From assembly GCF_009914755.1 (NCBI RefSeq), contig NC_060937.1: 64,000 bases of DNA. One strand, given 5' to 3'. Below the pieces are notes generated by a model, which was not told where the DNA came from, did no database searches, and worked only from the letters and a program-made list of their open reading frames with translations. Positions 1 through 14,281 of the stretch are shown one piece after another (within the stretch, counting starts at the first letter, position 1; every line of letters begins with the position of its first letter). The position numbers were made by a program, and so were the translations under genes. Source of the DNA: the human T2T-CHM13v2.0 reference genome, Homo sapiens.

Positions 1-1854
1 TCTCAACAACGTTATAAAAAATGTCATTGAAAGAAACAAATTTAATCTAGAACCTTCTGTATATAATTTCATGTAAGCTCATAGTTTTCAAAAACTATCC
101 ACAAGGTTAAGTGAGGACTTACATACCATTTCATATAAAAATAATTAGTATATAAATTTACCACATTCTACTTTAGCAGGACTTTCTTTCTTCTCAAATG
201 TAACATTAAAGTAGATTTATGTAGGTTAGATACATGATTCAGAAATACATTTTTCCTTTTCTGAATTGCACTGATACACACACACATACAGTACACATAA
301 GTGTTCAATAGTGTCCTATAATATTTTACCCATTCCTCAGTAAAGAGTATTGAATGTCTAGGTCAGTCTTGACTTAAACTTTCACTTTCCTTTAATCCCT
401 TGCTTTTAGGCAAGCCATCACATTCTAATCAGTTCATGAAAGAGCTTTGAAGAAGTTTTGGTTGCATTAGAAAACGGATAGATTTCAGCAGAATATATGT
501 TCTTGCTACAATCACCCCCTTCCTGTTTTTGGTATACATATGACACCTAGAGCACAGGAAGACATCTTGTGACCATAAACCTATGCAAAAAAAGACAGTG
601 TTCAAAGAATGAAAAATGAGAAAGAATACAGACTTCATTTAAAGACATGATAAATGTATTTTTCATAAGGTTACTTTTACCAGATTTTTCTGATTCACAC
701 TATTATGCATCAGATATGTCCATATGAGTCTTGTTCAAAATTTTTAATGCACATATTTATCATATGTACATTCCTCCTACCTCTAGCTCTCATTATATTT
801 TATGCTAAAAAAATGGCAATGCCTGTTTTTTCAGAGATGCAATTGAGTAGCCTGCCACAGAGCAATATAAATTTGGTCATAGTGAGAATACATGAATTCT
901 ACTGCGTATGTTTTCCAGGTGGGATCTCCTCATTCTACACCAGAAGTTTAAATATACTTTGTAGAATGTAGAATGTACTCGTTGAAAAGAACAAATAATC
1001 ACTTGGGCCATTTGTTTTTCCAAATAAATTATGTTTATCTAGCAAAGTGTATGATTAATTGCATATGCATGTGCTTGAAACAGTTAAACAAATCTAAAAA
1101 TATTTGAAATAAATAATGGAGTATATTTCATCTTTGTCCATAGAGTTGTGTGTCAACTTATCTTTCATTTCTGTACTCAATTACATGATTGTTAAATTTA
1201 TTTTATGAAATTAAATGTTAGATTAATCAAAATGAGGAAATAAAGGGCAATAAAAGATGAAATTGATTTCTAAATATTTGAGTGCAGAAATTGATTACTA
1301 AATATTTGGCTTACAAATCCTTTCAGATGTCTCATGAAAGACCAGAGAAGAAAAAATACCATTTTTTTCTTACCACATGTATATCACAGTAACATACTTT
1401 TAAGTAGTATTCTTTATTCATATAATTGTAAATATTTTTCTATAAGCAAATTCAATTTACACTATGTAGGGGCTGGGTATAATTTCATAGTATCATATTT
1501 ACTTATTTCTCTCATATTTTTAGATGTAGAATTTATTTCCAATTTTGGAATTATGAAAACTGAAATATGTTAATTGTATGGTAGTTTTCAATAAATGTTA
1601 TACTACCAGTATTATTAATTGAATAAGGTAATTATTATGAATTTTCAAGACCATAGACATTTCTTACTTCTCATTTTAATAATTGTTTTTCATCACTTCT
1701 TCCTTGTGCTATGGGTATTATGGGATTTTTGTTTGATTTTTGTAATGTAGATACTTTCATTTTATGGCATATGGAGAAAAATCAGGCATGACCATTATCC
1801 ATATCAATTATGATACTGGGAAATCAGTATTAGCAAAGGAAAATGTGCATGGTA

Positions 1855-1893
1855 TGTGTGTGTGTTTATGTTTGTGTGTGTGTATGTGTGTGT
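1855..1893. repeat. Imperfect (TG)n microsatellite
   Basis: tgtgtgtgtgtttatgtttgtgtgtgtgtatgtgtgtgt seen directly. Confidence 0.85.
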
Positions 1894-2414
1894 ATACTTA
1901 ACAGTATAGTATGTGTCCTTTTATATATATGTTCTAATTATACAATAGGCCTGAAAGTTCTGATGTCTGCTTTGAATGGTATTGAAGCCCTAAAGTGAGG
2001 TCTGATACGTAGTAAAAACCAAAGAGCTTGTAGATGAGAAGCAATAACAACAAATGAAAAGAGACATACTGATGTTCATTAACTCAGAAAACTGTGTGAC
2101 CTAAGATATTGGTCAATAGAAATGTTCACGGCAAGTTTTGCAACAGATGGACTCTCCGTCTAACCGTGATTGTCATCATTCCACAACCACACACATGTAC
2201 ATAATTTAGAAAGACCATCTGAGGAGATTATGGACAGCTTTCTACGTGGTGGTTATAACCACAGCTGTTGTTATTTGTGAAATTCTTAGCATGTAGCTAC
2301 TACCCTATCATCAATAACATTATGTCACCTATCTCAGGGAAAACATTCAGAGCTTGTCTTTGTTGTGCACAGAACATCTGAGAAATAAGTAAAAATAACA
2401 ATATCACAAATAAC

Positions 2415-2572
2415 TCTCTTGCTTTCTTTCTCAACATACGACATGCCTGCTCCTCTCTTTACCTTCTGCCATGATTGTAAGCTATCTGAGGCCTTACCAG
2501 AAGCAGATGCTGGCACTATCCTTCTTGTATAGCCTGCAGAACTGTGAGCCAAATAAACTTCTTTCTTTAAAA
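2415..2572 (+). mobile_element. MaLR LTR 3' fragment (MST-like)
   Basis: ccttctgccatgattgtaagc...gaagcagatgctggcac...cagaactgtgagccaaataaac, typical of MST/THE1 LTR 3' half. Confidence 0.8.
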
Positions 2573-3687
2573 ATTTTTTTAAAAAGAAATAACAACAATA
2601 ATATTTGTAACACAAGTGTTTCTGTTGTAGATGTGAGCTTTCTCTAAGGATGTGTGTTTTCTTTTTTCCAGAAATGGCAGAAATCATTAATTAATGGGGT
2701 AACATTGGGTTTCATACAGTCTCAAAAATGAGTTGATATTGTGGTTTGCCTCAGAAATACCTATTATTTATTCTGAAAGTGTTTATCAAGACATCTGAAC
2801 AACAATAAGTTCTTTGGAGGATCAAAGATACCTGTGGATATTCACGGAAAAAAAATGACACAAAATCATTTTTTATTATATGAATCTATTTTAAAATAAT
2901 TCCACGCAGCAAAACCTAAAATTGGTGTTCTTAATTTGTTTTCAATTAGAAAGCGACAATCTGAATAATCTTATACTAACAAATTATTTTATTCATTATA
3001 CCTAGGCAAAAATTAATCAGTGAATATCAAATACAGTATAGTTTATGCGAAAAGCTCATTTTCACATATTTCATGCTCAGTTCCTATTAGGAGGAATAGT
3101 GAGATTTTGAACATCTGTTTTTAAAAATAAGTGTTTTAATTAGCAGGATACAGAGTGTCTTCAAATAACACCATCATTCCCAAGGGAACTCCACCCTGAG
3201 GGAGTTAAAAGAACTCCATGAAACATGCTGGTAACCTTCTGCTTGTAACAGAAGGACCATGACACTCTCTGTGGCCTACTTGGCTCATGCACACAGAACA
3301 GTTTATTGAATGAACTAAATTACATAGGAGGCAGCATAAAGCCACTTTATTCTTTCCCAAAATTGTCCTGTCATTGATTTAGTCTCTCAGCTTGCTTTTC
3401 TTACACAGGATAAAAGATCTGGTTTGTCAGTCATTAGAAAACCATATTCTATTGCGTTAATAATAAAATAAAGAGACATGAAAATTCCAAACTTTTTGTA
3501 AGTTAAGTGAAATTCACGGCTATCCAAAGCCAGAAAAATCACAATGGGGAGGAAGGACTTGGTGCTTCCTTTTTCTTTTTCTTGCTTAATCTCATCCTCT
3601 ATCTTAGCCGTTGTTTGTGGCTTTACTATATTTGGGACAAGAGGACAGAGAGGCAGGAGAGGTAGGAGACATAACTGCGCTATGTAG

Positions 3688-3956
3688 TTTTTTTTTTTTT
3701 TTTGAGACGGAGTCTCACTCTGTCACCTAGGCTGAAGTGCAGTGGTGCGATCTCGGCTCACTGTAACCTCTGCCTCCTCCCGGGTTCACGTCACTCTCCT
3801 GCCTCAGCCTCCTGAGTAGCTGGGACTACAGGCACGTGCCACTACACCTGGCTAATTTGTTGTATTTTTAGTAGAGATGGGGTTTCACCATGTTGGCCAG
3901 GGTGGTCTTGATCTCCTGACCTTGTGATCCGCCACCTTGGCCTCCCAAGCCTGGCC
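3688..3956 (-). mobile_element. Alu (AluSc/Y-like) with ~30-bp deletion near its 5' end
   Basis: poly-T then gagacggagtctcactc...; cctcccaa joined directly to gcctggcc; partial TSD atgtagttt. Confidence 0.95.
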
Positions 3957-4399
3957 CCCTCGAAGATGTAGTTTAATGTGCACTGGTGGTTTCTAGCTAT
4001 GGCATATTCCAAACACTAATGTTTTTTCTTTTGTGATGTGTTTTCTATAGGTTCTTCAGAGAACTCCCACCAGTGTGACTTCTCACAATTTTATTGATCT
4101 AGACAATACCTCTCACAAATGGGATGACTTTTTAAGGGGCACCTACTTCAGATTCCTGCCTTAGTCCTCATGGGGCCACAGTCAACACACATCTTTGCTC
4201 TGACAAAATCTGGTACTGCCTTTCTCAAAAAGTCACCTGCCCTCTCTAGCCTAAGTAAGAAGCAAGTGATCCACTCTTATTTTAATATCATCCATTTCTT
4301 GCCTATAAACAAATTGCACAAAGTAAATAAAATGTATCCTTTAAAGAAAAGATGTATAGATTTACATTTAAAAAAATTATATTCAACAAAGATATCATG

Positions 4400-5300
4400 G
4401 ATAAAGCCAAAAGACAAGAAATGATTGAGAGATAAAAACTGCAACTCATATAAACAGCACAACATAGGTATCCAGAATAAAACATCTATCTATCTATCTA
4501 TCCATCCATCATCTATCTGTCTATAAAGTGAAAATAAGTTATTAGAATGATTGAACATAAGTTATGTCTTAACAAGTTATAGAAGATAAAATAAATAAGC
4601 AAAATAGAAAATAAATACAATCTACTTCACTTTTCTGAGAAATGAAAAATTCTACTAATAAAATGTGACTTTTGAATACACCAAACTTTAAGGTAAGTGT
4701 CAAAATCAAGTGATGTATTGGAAAACGAGCATTGTACTTGCTGGTGGGAGTGTAAATGATACAAACTCTTTGAAGAACACTTTTCCTACATCTATTAAAT
4801 CTTAAGACATGCATGTCATCTGGTTTTTAGTTTCACTCCTTTTATTACATTTAGAGATACTTTTCCATATGTGACAAAAGAGGAAATCCAATTGTGTGAC
4901 AGTTTATTGGAGTATTGTTTGCAATAACCCAAACAATTGAGAAAATCTAAATGTTCATCAGTAGAAGATGGCATAATCATACTAATAAATCAACACAAAT
5001 GGAAGCATATCTACTAATGTGTATACCATCATACAATGTAATACTGAAGAAAGAAAGTTTTGCTAAGACTCAATAAATTCCAATTTGTAATGATATAGGT
5101 ATCCACATTCAGGATAGTAATACCTGCAGGGGAATATGGGAAAAGACTTAGATTGAGGGCTTCAAATATATTTAGAACATTATCTTACTGAAAATGTCAT
5201 GAATAACATGTTATAATATTTAAAATCTAGTAAAGCAGGATGGTAGATAACATCATCACTCATACTATTTACTAATGTTTGGTATGCTTAAGAATATCTC
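4400..5300 (+). mobile_element. Old, diverged L1M fragments
   Basis: gctggtgggagtgtaaatgatacaaactctttg and aaatgttcatcagtagaag resemble the L1 ORF2 3' end/3'UTR; boundaries approximate; contains (TCTA)n at ~4485-4522. Confidence 0.5.
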
Positions 5301-5421
5301 AGAATGAAATAAATAAATCTATAATCATTGCCTAATAAAAATGTAGATAGCATTTTTATAATTTTTCAAAGAAATGATTATCCAGGCCCTAAAGCCTAAC
5401 CACCAAATCATTTTATTATAA

Positions 5422-5956
5422 ATCTAGAACCAGAAATACCTTTTGACTCAGCAATCCCATTACTGGGTATATACCCAAAGGATTATAAACCATTCTACTA
5501 TAAAGACACATGCACACGTATGTTTATTGCAGCACTGTTCACAATAGCAAAGACTTGGAACCAACCCAAATGGCCATCTATGATAGACTGGATAAAGAAC
5601 ATGTGGCACATATACACCATGGAATACTATGCATCCATAAAAAAGGATGAGTTCATGTCCTTTGCAGTGACACGGGTGAAGCTGGAAACCATCATTCTCA
5701 GCAAACTAAGGCAGGAACAGAACCAAATACCACATGTTCTCACTCATAAGTGGGAGTTGAACAATGAGAACACATGGACACAGGGATGGGAACATCACAC
5801 ACTGGGGCCTATTGGGCAGTGAGGGGCTAGGGGAGGAATAGCATTAGGAGAAATACCTAATGTAGATGATGGGTTGATGGGTGCAGCAAACTACCATGGT
5901 AACAAACCTGCATGTTCTGCACATGTATCCCAGAATTTAAAGTATAATAAAAAAAA
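5422..5956 (+). mobile_element. L1PA 3' fragment (L1PA7/8-like), 5'-truncated
   Basis: ORF 5520-5822 encodes the ORF2 C-terminus (MFIAALFTIAKTWNQPK...); L1 3'UTR and A-tail. Confidence 0.95.
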
Positions 5957-6225
5957 GGGAAACAATTGATAGATATTAGTACATGAACATTTAAAACATT
6001 TATATGTAAAAATATAGTATAAGTACATAAATATACGTTATATTTTGGTAACATTACTTTCAAGAATTTTGGTACAACATTTTATGTGTGTTATCAAGGA
6101 GAAATTAAGTAACTGAAGAGACTAAGAGAATTCCTTAATTCTAACTTATGTACATATAAAAGGGTACATGTTAAGTATTATTAATTTTCTGAAACTTTAT
6201 TTTTTCATATGTTTTAATTATTCAT

Positions 6226-7553
6226 TTTTAAAAATACTTCAACTTTTACTTTAGATTTAGGGTGTACATGTGCAGGTTTGTTACATGGGTATATTGCATC
6301 ATGCTGAGGTTTTAGTACAAGTGCTCCCATCACAGAGGTAGTGAGCATAGTACCCAATAGGTTTTCAACCCCTTCTCCCACCTTCCCTTCCCCTCTAGTA
6401 GTCTCCATTGTCTATTGTTGACATCTCTATGTGCATGAGTACCCAACTTTTAACTCCCTCTTAAGTGAGAACACTTGGTATTTGAATTTCTGTTCCTGCA
6501 TTAATTCGCTTAAGATAATGGCCTCCAGATACATCCATGTTGCTACATAGGACATGATTTCATTCCTTTTATGGCTGCTTGTATTCCATGGTGTATATAT
6601 CCCATTTTCTTTATCCAATCCATTGTTGATAAGCACCCAGGTTGATTCTATGTTTTTGCTACTGCGAATAGGGTTGCGATGAACCTACAAGTGCATGTGT
6701 CTTTTTGGTAGAATGATTTATTTCTTTTGGATGTATACCCAGTAATGAGATTGCTGGTCGAGTGGTAGTTCTATTTCAAGTTCTTTCAGAAATCTCCAAA
6801 CTTCTTTCCACAGTGGCTAAACTAATTTAAATCCCCAACAACAGTGTATAAGCATTCCCTTTAGTCTGCAGCCTCGCCAGCATCTGTTGTTTTGTGACTT
6901 TTTAATCACAGCCATTCTGATTGGTGTGAGGTGTTACCTCATTGTGGTTTTGATTTGCATTTCTCTTATGATTAGTGATGCTGAAAGTATTTTTTAATGT
7001 TTGTTGGCCATTTTTATGTCTTCTTTTGATAAATGTCTGTTCATGTCCTTTGCCCATTTTTTAATGAGGTTATTTTTTGCTTGTTGAATTCTTTCAGTTC
7101 CTTATACATTCTGCATATTAAACCTTTGTCAGATGCATAGTTTGGGAATATTTTCTCCAATTTCTATAGGCTGTTTACTCTGTAAATCATTTTTGTTTGT
7201 TTTTGGATTTTTTTATTTTTTTCTGTGCAGAAGCTCTTTGGTTTAATTAGGTCCCACTTGTCAATTTCTGTTTTTGTTGTAATTGATTTTGAGGACTTGG
7301 TCATAAATTCTTTCCTAAGAATGACAGGCAGAATGATGTTTCCCAGAAGGTCTTTAGCTTAATTAGGTCCCACTTGTCATTTTTTGTTTTTGTTGCAATT
7401 GCTTTTGAGAATTTAGTAATAAATCATTTTCCAAGGATTATAGGCAGAATGGTGTTTCCTAGGTGTTCTAGGATACTTACAGTTCAATGTCTTACATTTA
7501 CATCTTTAATATATCTTGAGTTAATTTGATATATGGTGAAAGGTATGGTGAAA
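6226..7553 (-). mobile_element. Older L1 3' fragment (L1PA13-16/L1PB-like)
   Basis: reverse-strand L1 3'UTR (tacatgtgcaggtttgttacatggg) and ORF2 3' end; contains a 116-bp tandem duplication. Confidence 0.9.
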
Positions 7554-8320
7554 GTTTCATTTTTTTTCCTGAAGCTTTCTTGATATTGTCAAATTTGATT
7601 ATTTGTCTGATTTTAATATCTAGTTTCTGAGACAGTTTTATTCAGAATTTTAAAATAATTGTTCCAATTTTTTCCTACTGCCTGTTCTTGTAATGTACAT
7701 TGGATACAAACCTGTACATTGGATACAAACACATTTTTTTTCCTCCTTCTTGATCTCTGGCATTAGGCCCTTTTCATTGTCTTCAGTATTATAAAATTTC
7801 ATTTTTTATTGGTGTAGGGAACGTTTTATTAAAAGATTTTTGAATACTTCAGTTGTTCTCTATTATGTTCCCATTTTTCTTTACTGAGGCCAAGAGAATG
7901 TCCCTTGCAGACCTCCAACTGCAGGGAGGATAACTGATCAAGGATCCCAGCAGCTGTGCTCTGAAAACCATCAATACCTTTGCCCCTTTCCTGGGAGCCA
8001 TGTGAATCCTGAAACCCAAATTGGACTTGTAGACTTCCTGAAGGCCTTGCCAACCTGCGAGATGATTTCACCAAACATTCTCTCCCTCTGTCCTTTACTC
8101 GGGATCAGCTTTGCATCATGTTCTGACTGCATTTGCATTTCAGCCTCCCTTGACTCCTCCTATTTTCTTTCTTACAGGTGTTTTTTCTTTTTTTTCTCTC
8201 TCTTCATTCCATCTTGGCATTTCCTTCTTAGTGAATGTGGACTAACAAACCTTTATATTGCACATCTAATCTAGCATATTGCACTTCATTGCTTTAGCTT
8301 TCTCTTATTAAACTCTAATA

Positions 8321-8322
<2 letters not shown>

Positions 8323-8362
<40 letters not shown>
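8323..8362. repeat. (CA)20 microsatellite
   Basis: perfect AC run. Confidence 0.97.
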
Positions 8363-8365
<3 letters not shown>

Positions 8366-8552
8366 TTTACATATTTGTCCCAAGTACTTATCTTGTCTGA
8401 TTTTTCTTGCTCCCAAAAAGCCAGTATTTATTTAATGAATGAAATGCTTTCCTAAAATATTTTTCTTAAGTATTTTCTTACTTGAAGAGTACCAGCACAT
8501 TTTATTATTAAATATCTTGCATATTTTATCACATTTTACTTTTTCGGTGGGT

Positions 8553-8900
8553 ATATGCATTATTCTTCCATGGCTACCATAAAAATTACCACCAACTTAG
8601 TGGTTTATAACAGCACAAATTTATTATATCTAGATAAAAAGTCTGAGCAGGGTGACAGTGGGCTAATGTAATCAAGGTGTTGGTGGTCTCCTTCCTGGAG
8701 TTTCTAAGGAAGAATCCATTTCCTTGTTAATTAATATTGCTGGCATATTTCAATTCCCATGGTTATAGGACATTTTCCCTGTTGGCTGTCATCTGAAGGT
8801 TGTTGTCACCACCCAGAAGCCACTGCATTTCTTGGTTCAGGGCCTGCAACCCCCACCTTCAAAACCCACAACAAGGAGTAGAGTTTCTTTCATACTTGCC
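8553..8900 (-). mobile_element. MLT1-family LTR fragment
   Basis: aattaccaccaacttagtggtttataacagcacaaatttattat...gaagaatccatttccttg. Confidence 0.65.
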
Positions 8901-8982
8901 TGTGTTCCTGTCTGAACAAGGTTTTCTATCTGTCAGAATAGCCATTCAAAAATCTGTCGTGTGTTGAACACTCTTATCTTTC

Positions 8983-9408
8983 TGTTGTGGGGCGTATAAT
9001 TGTCCCTTCCACCTTCTAACTCCCATGTTCAAGCACAATCCCCAGTATGATGGCATTTGGAGTTGGGACTTTGGCAGGTAATTAGATATATATGAGGTCA
9101 TGACAGTGGGGTCTGTATGAGAGACTTAGTGCCCTTCTAAGCAGAGGAAGAGACCAGAGTGCTTGTATACTGGCTCATTCGATCTCAGTCCCCACCGCCA
9201 CCTGCCTCCTGCTCTCTCTCTCTTTACCAAGTGAGGGCACAACAAGAAGGAAGTCCCCTACAAGTTAGAAAGCCCTCACCAGGAACAAAATCTACCAAAA
9301 CCTTGACGTTGGACTCCCCAGTCCCCAAAATTGTAAGAAATAAATGTTTGTTGTTTAAGTTATTCAGTCTATGGTACTTTGTTATAGCAGCCTGAGGAGG
9401 CTGCAGCA
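8983..9408 (+). mobile_element. MLT1A-like solo LTR
   Basis: aatccccagtatgatggcatttggag...gccctcaccagg...aataaatgtttgttgtttaag...gttatagcagcctgag. Confidence 0.8.
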
Positions 9409-9789
9409 GTTTTCATTTCTGCCTTATCACCAAATTCACTGGTTCCATATTTTCATGTAATTTTTACATTTATATAGCAGTTTCCCTCATTTTTCAAAAG
9501 ACAGTATGGGTTGTTGCAGCTGCCTAACCATTCAGTTTTATGTTTTTATGACATTTTATTAGGTATTGAATTTGTTCACCATTCTGTTGTTGTTTACTCT
9601 CATATTTTGACTGGATTTATGAAAGCTGAAATCCTGTCTCACATTGAAGACTTTCTAAAGTTTCCTGTTTATAATTCAGAAAGAAGTTATATCTTAAATC
9701 TCATCCTTTCTATAAGACACCCTGGGTCAACCGAGTCTGTCATTTTACATTTGTGATATTGTAGTATATTATCAATGTAAAATAAAAGA

Positions 9790-10094
9790 TTTATTTATTT
9801 TTGGTTTTTTATTGAGAAAGGGTTTTGCTCCGTTACCCAGGCTGGAGTGTAGTGGTGCTTTCATAGCTCACAGCAGCCACAACCTCCTGGGCTCAAGCAA
9901 TCCTTCTGCCTCAGCCTCCTGCATAGCTATGACTACAGGTACATGCCACCACGCCAGACTAATTTTTAAATTTTTTGTAGAGATGAGTTCTGCCAATGTT
10001 GTCCTGGCTGATTTCTAACTCCTGGCCTCAAGCAATCCTACTGACTTGGCCTCCCAAAGTGCTGGTATTACAGATGTGAGCCACTGCACCTGGC
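9790..10094 (-). mobile_element. AluJ
   Basis: ggctcaagcaatcc and ttttgtagagatg are AluJ-type features; T-rich tail. Confidence 0.93.
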
Positions 10095-10727
10095 ACAAAA
10101 TGAATTTTTTGTATTTTCATTTATAAAGTTATCAAAGTTTTGGCTCAAATACTATGCCCAATATTCTTTATTCAAAATGCATAGTTTTATTCTTTCTTAT
10201 TTTATGCTATAAGGAATTTTACAAATGATTATCTAATTAACAATAAACTCAAAACTAAAACCACAGAGGACCTTTGATATATTATTTAAAATTGATATCA
10301 TTATGAAATAAGTTCTGCTCCTAACACAGATCTTCTACTTTTCAAATAAATTATATTTTGGAAGAAAATTATTAGGTGATTTCAATCAACACATTACAAA
10401 TGTATGAGATTACGGTAAATAAAAACTTGTATATAATTGGTGAATATTTATGTTGAATTTTAATTATTTCCTAAAAAGTGCTGATTATATCAGTTTTAAG
10501 TCTTGCATTTCATTTTTCAATTTTAAAATCTATTTTTTTTCTGTTTTCTAAATTGACAATATTTGAGTGGCAATTAAATTGCATCCTCTGCCAATCAATC
10601 ATATAAGCATTTTATATGCAGACTGAAAATATATTGCACATGTGACATGGGAAATCAAATTTGGGGTTGTTGGAATGAGGGATAATAACAAATTGTATGA
10701 AATAGGATGAATGTGATTGTAATTATT

Positions 10728-11100
10728 TGTGTCCGTCTGTTCTCACACTGCTATAAAGATACCATCTGAGACTGGGTCATTCATAAACAAAGGAGGTTTA
10801 ATTGACTTACAGTTCCACATGGCTGGGGAGGCCTCAGGAAAATTACAATCGTGGCAGAAGGGGAAGCAGGCACCTTCTTCCCAAGGCGGCAGGAGAGAGT
10901 GTGAGCTTTTGAAGAAGGAACTGTCAAACCCTTATGAAACCATCAGATCTCATGAGACGTCACTATCATGAGAACAGCGTGGAGGAAACTGCCCCTGTGA
11001 TCTAATGACTTCCCATCAGGTTCCTCCCTTCACATGTGGAGATGGTGGGATTACAATTCAAGATGACAGATTTGGGTGGGGACACAGCCAGAACATATCA
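10728..11100 (-). mobile_element. THE1-type (THE1C/D) solo LTR
   Basis: tg...ctcacactgctataaag...gggtggggacacagcc...atatca; near-TSD ttatt/ttgtt. Confidence 0.9.
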
Positions 11101-12227
11101 TTGTTATTTTGTGAATGGCCATAATAAAATAATAATTACAATCACATTCATCAGTAACTTTTCTTAAGAAAGTAACTATGTTATCATGCATTCATTTGAT
11201 TCACAAAATGAAGCCATTTTTGTAAAAAAGAAAATATTAGAATTCTGGAAAAAATGTTATTAGTAAGATAGTTGTAAAAAGCTTATATATTAATAGATAT
11301 TACTTATACAAATAAGTTCTAAAAACTATGCTATAGAAATAGTATACTTAAAACTAATCATATAATTCAAATTATATAGTTATTAATTAAATAAGTTGGG
11401 GAACAGCAGGTTTCTTAATCTATTGAATCTGATATCTCTGCAAAAAGACAAATTAATTTAAAAGCTTCCTCAAGTATGACAGTTAATGATTACAGTAGAT
11501 TTATTAATGTTTCTAGAAAGTGAACTAAATATTAAATTCATCTTAAAGATAATAAACAAAAAGCAAAACTTAAGTAATATACCCTTTAAAAAGAAAGTTA
11601 ATAATCTGCAGTGTTGCATGAAGCCCAGAAGCTGTGTTTATCTGTAGATACCACAGAATATGTCTATACTATGAATGAATTAACATAACATTTTTACAGT
11701 GTATTATTTCTCCCTATAAAATGAAAAAATATATGAAATGACATTATAAAATGAATTCTTTACATAATAGTTTGCATATCATTATATTTAACACAATGTC
11801 ATTATATTTTACTCAAAATATTATGCGTGTATTGAGTTAGGTTTAGAAGATAATGATTTTGACACCACTCATGCCTTAAAAACAACAAAATAAGCAGAGG
11901 CACAAAAATCCAAGTAGTTAATTTGATTTCGAGGTAAAAAATTCCATACTATATAGTAGTTTTAGATATTCAGTTAAAGAATGCAGTCAGTGGGTAATTC
12001 TTCCAAATATAGTGGCTAACATTTTTAAAAGTTAATTTTGAACCATTTTTATTGATTCCATTTTGAGACCTAACTTTTTAAAATGTATAAAATAACTTGG
12101 GAATTTTGAAAATACCATACCAAATAAAATAAAAATCTATCTCAAGGGCAATGCTAAGAGAGGTTTTTCTTTCCATATGTCATCGAAGAAGATTGCTAAT
12201 TGACTTTTCAACCTATCCTCCTGATCT

Positions 12228-12445
12228 AGGGTAGGCAAACTGTGTCCCACTGACCAAATCTGATGACCTTTCACCTGTTTTGTGAGTTAAGAATTTTTGT
12301 TGTTTATGTTTTTTAACATTTTTAAATGGTTCATTTTAAGTAGTTATATAAGCACCTAGATAATGTCCTCAATTTTGCCCCTTGGGCTGCAAGCTTGATA
12401 TATTTTCATTGTAGCATTTTTATAGAAAATGTTTCTCAACTCTTG
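12228..12445. mobile_element. MER58-like hAT-Charlie MITE
   Basis: agggtaggcaaactgtgtcccactgaccaaatc...gaaaatgtttctcaactcttg termini. Confidence 0.6.
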
Positions 12446-13046
12446 TGACTTGAAGCAAAACTGCATAAGGATTTAAATCCACCTATTGACATGTTTACTA
12501 TACATCTTCCCTGAATTTTTTTTAGTTTCTACAAAACAAGTAAAACAAATGGAAACATGTATTTGCATCTCTTTCTCTCTTACTGTTTACTATTATCATT
12601 ACCTGGAAGCAATATTTACTTTCATCTATTAGGTATAAAGCTGTTAGAAGAATATACAGCTAAAATATCCTTTATAAAGTTAACTAATACGAATACACAG
12701 GATCATTATATTAGTGCATTTCTTTTTAAGGAATAACATATTAGTGGTATAAGAGAAAAAAAATGCTTAACCAGTGGATCAAAATGCATCAAAACAATAC
12801 AATGCAATGAGGCAAAACAATGCATAATAAAATAATGGACTGATAAAGTCAGTGATAGCATGTCACACACAAGAAATTAATCAAGATATAATAGGTTATG
12901 TTATGTCAGTACATACCTGAAGATCTTGGGAAAAGTTTTGCACGTTATAAAATTGGATTAACCCTTTCAAGTTCTACAGGTGCATCTAAATTTGCCACAA
13001 AGTTATGAAAATATAATACACTGTTTCAATATATTGAATGTCCTAT

Positions 13047-13472
13047 TGATATGGTTTGGATCTGTGTCCCACCAAATCTTGTGTCGAATTATAGTCCCCA
13101 GGGTTGGAGGTGGAGCCTGGTGGGAGGTGGTTGGATAATGGGGGTGGATTTCTCATGAATGGTTTAGCACCATTCCCTTGGGTGCTATTCTCCTGATAGT
13201 GAGTTTTCATGAGATCGGGTTGTTTAAAACCATGTAGCACCTCCCGCTGCTCTCTTTTGCTCTTGTTCCTGCCATGTAAGATGGGCCTACTCTCTACTCC
13301 CACCAGTTCACCATGATTGTAAGTTCACTGAGGCCTCTCTAGAAGCCAAGTGGATGCCAGCATCATGCTTCCTGTACAGCCTGTGGAACCATGAGCCAAT
13401 TACATTTCTTTTCTTTATAAATTACCCAGTCTCAGGTATTTCTTCATAGCAATGTGAGAATGGCCTAATACA
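13047..13472 (+). mobile_element. MSTA solo LTR with 5-bp TSD
   Basis: tgatatggtttggatctgtgtcccc...ctaataca; TSD cctat at 13042-13046 and 13473-13477. Confidence 0.95.
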
Positions 13473-13789
13473 CCTATGTATAGTGGTGGAGGTCGAGTGG
13501 GACAAAACTTTTTTATTGTTGTTCTTTAAGTTATTTTCAAACATTAACATTTTACATGGTTTGTAGGATCATGAAAATATGAATAAGATTAATATTATTT
13601 TAATGATTACTGTAGGATAATGTAAAAGAAAATATTTTGCTATTTTTAGCTTCCATGCAGAACTTAGTTATTTTTCTTCTACTATATATAAGAAATCCCG
13701 TTTATTTGCCTCTATGCCATTTTGTACATTGATACACTTGTGTAAAATTTAAGTTATTGGCATTACGTAATAGTAAAAACTGAGGTATT

Positions 13790-13980
13790 TTGAGAATGTA
13801 TTTTTGGATTCAAATGCAGGATCCTAAATTTCCTATCTATATGAGCTTGTAGAAGTTATTTACACTCTTAGTGCCTCAGTTTTCTCATCTGTAAAATAGG
13901 ATATTTAGCAATATATACCTGATATAGTTGGTGTACTGATTGAATAATTGATACACATTAATCACTTACAAGAGGGTCCT
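13790..13980 (+). mobile_element. MIR
   Basis: MIR core gtgcctcagttttctcatctgtaaaatagg. Confidence 0.8.
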
Positions 13981-14236
13981 ACTCAGAACAAAATGTATTT
14001 CAATGAACAAGGGTGTATGCACATATGTAATCATTGTAGATGTTTATAAATCAGGTGTAATTCCTTTTAAACAGTAGTAATCATATTTCTAATAACATAA
14101 AGCCTCTTAATTTATCATCATCTTGATAAAAAGAAAACTACTTTTGAAAACCAATGAAAAAAATTATTTAAATTAAATGTAATATGTATTACAAATATTG
14201 GTTTTTAGCAAATAAAGGCTTAGCAATGTGAAAAGA

Positions 14237-14281
14237 TTACTTTTAATGGCAAAGGCCTCCATTACTTTTGCACCAAACTAA
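14237..14281. mobile_element. MADE1/Hsmar1 terminal inverted repeat half
   Basis: ttacttttaatggcaaaggcctccattacttttgcaccaaactaa resembles the MADE1 right half. Confidence 0.7.

Noticed and set aside
1259-1308. Short tandem duplications (28-bp period here; also 7694-7730, ~48840-48880, ~56807-56838) as a CRISPR-like or regulatory array
   Set aside because: Only 2-3 copies with no unique-spacer architecture; ordinary slippage duplications in AT-rich DNA.
5422-7553. Tail-to-tail L1 fragments as a single inverted L1
   Set aside because: Each has its own 3' end and they appear to be different subfamilies, so they are independent insertions.
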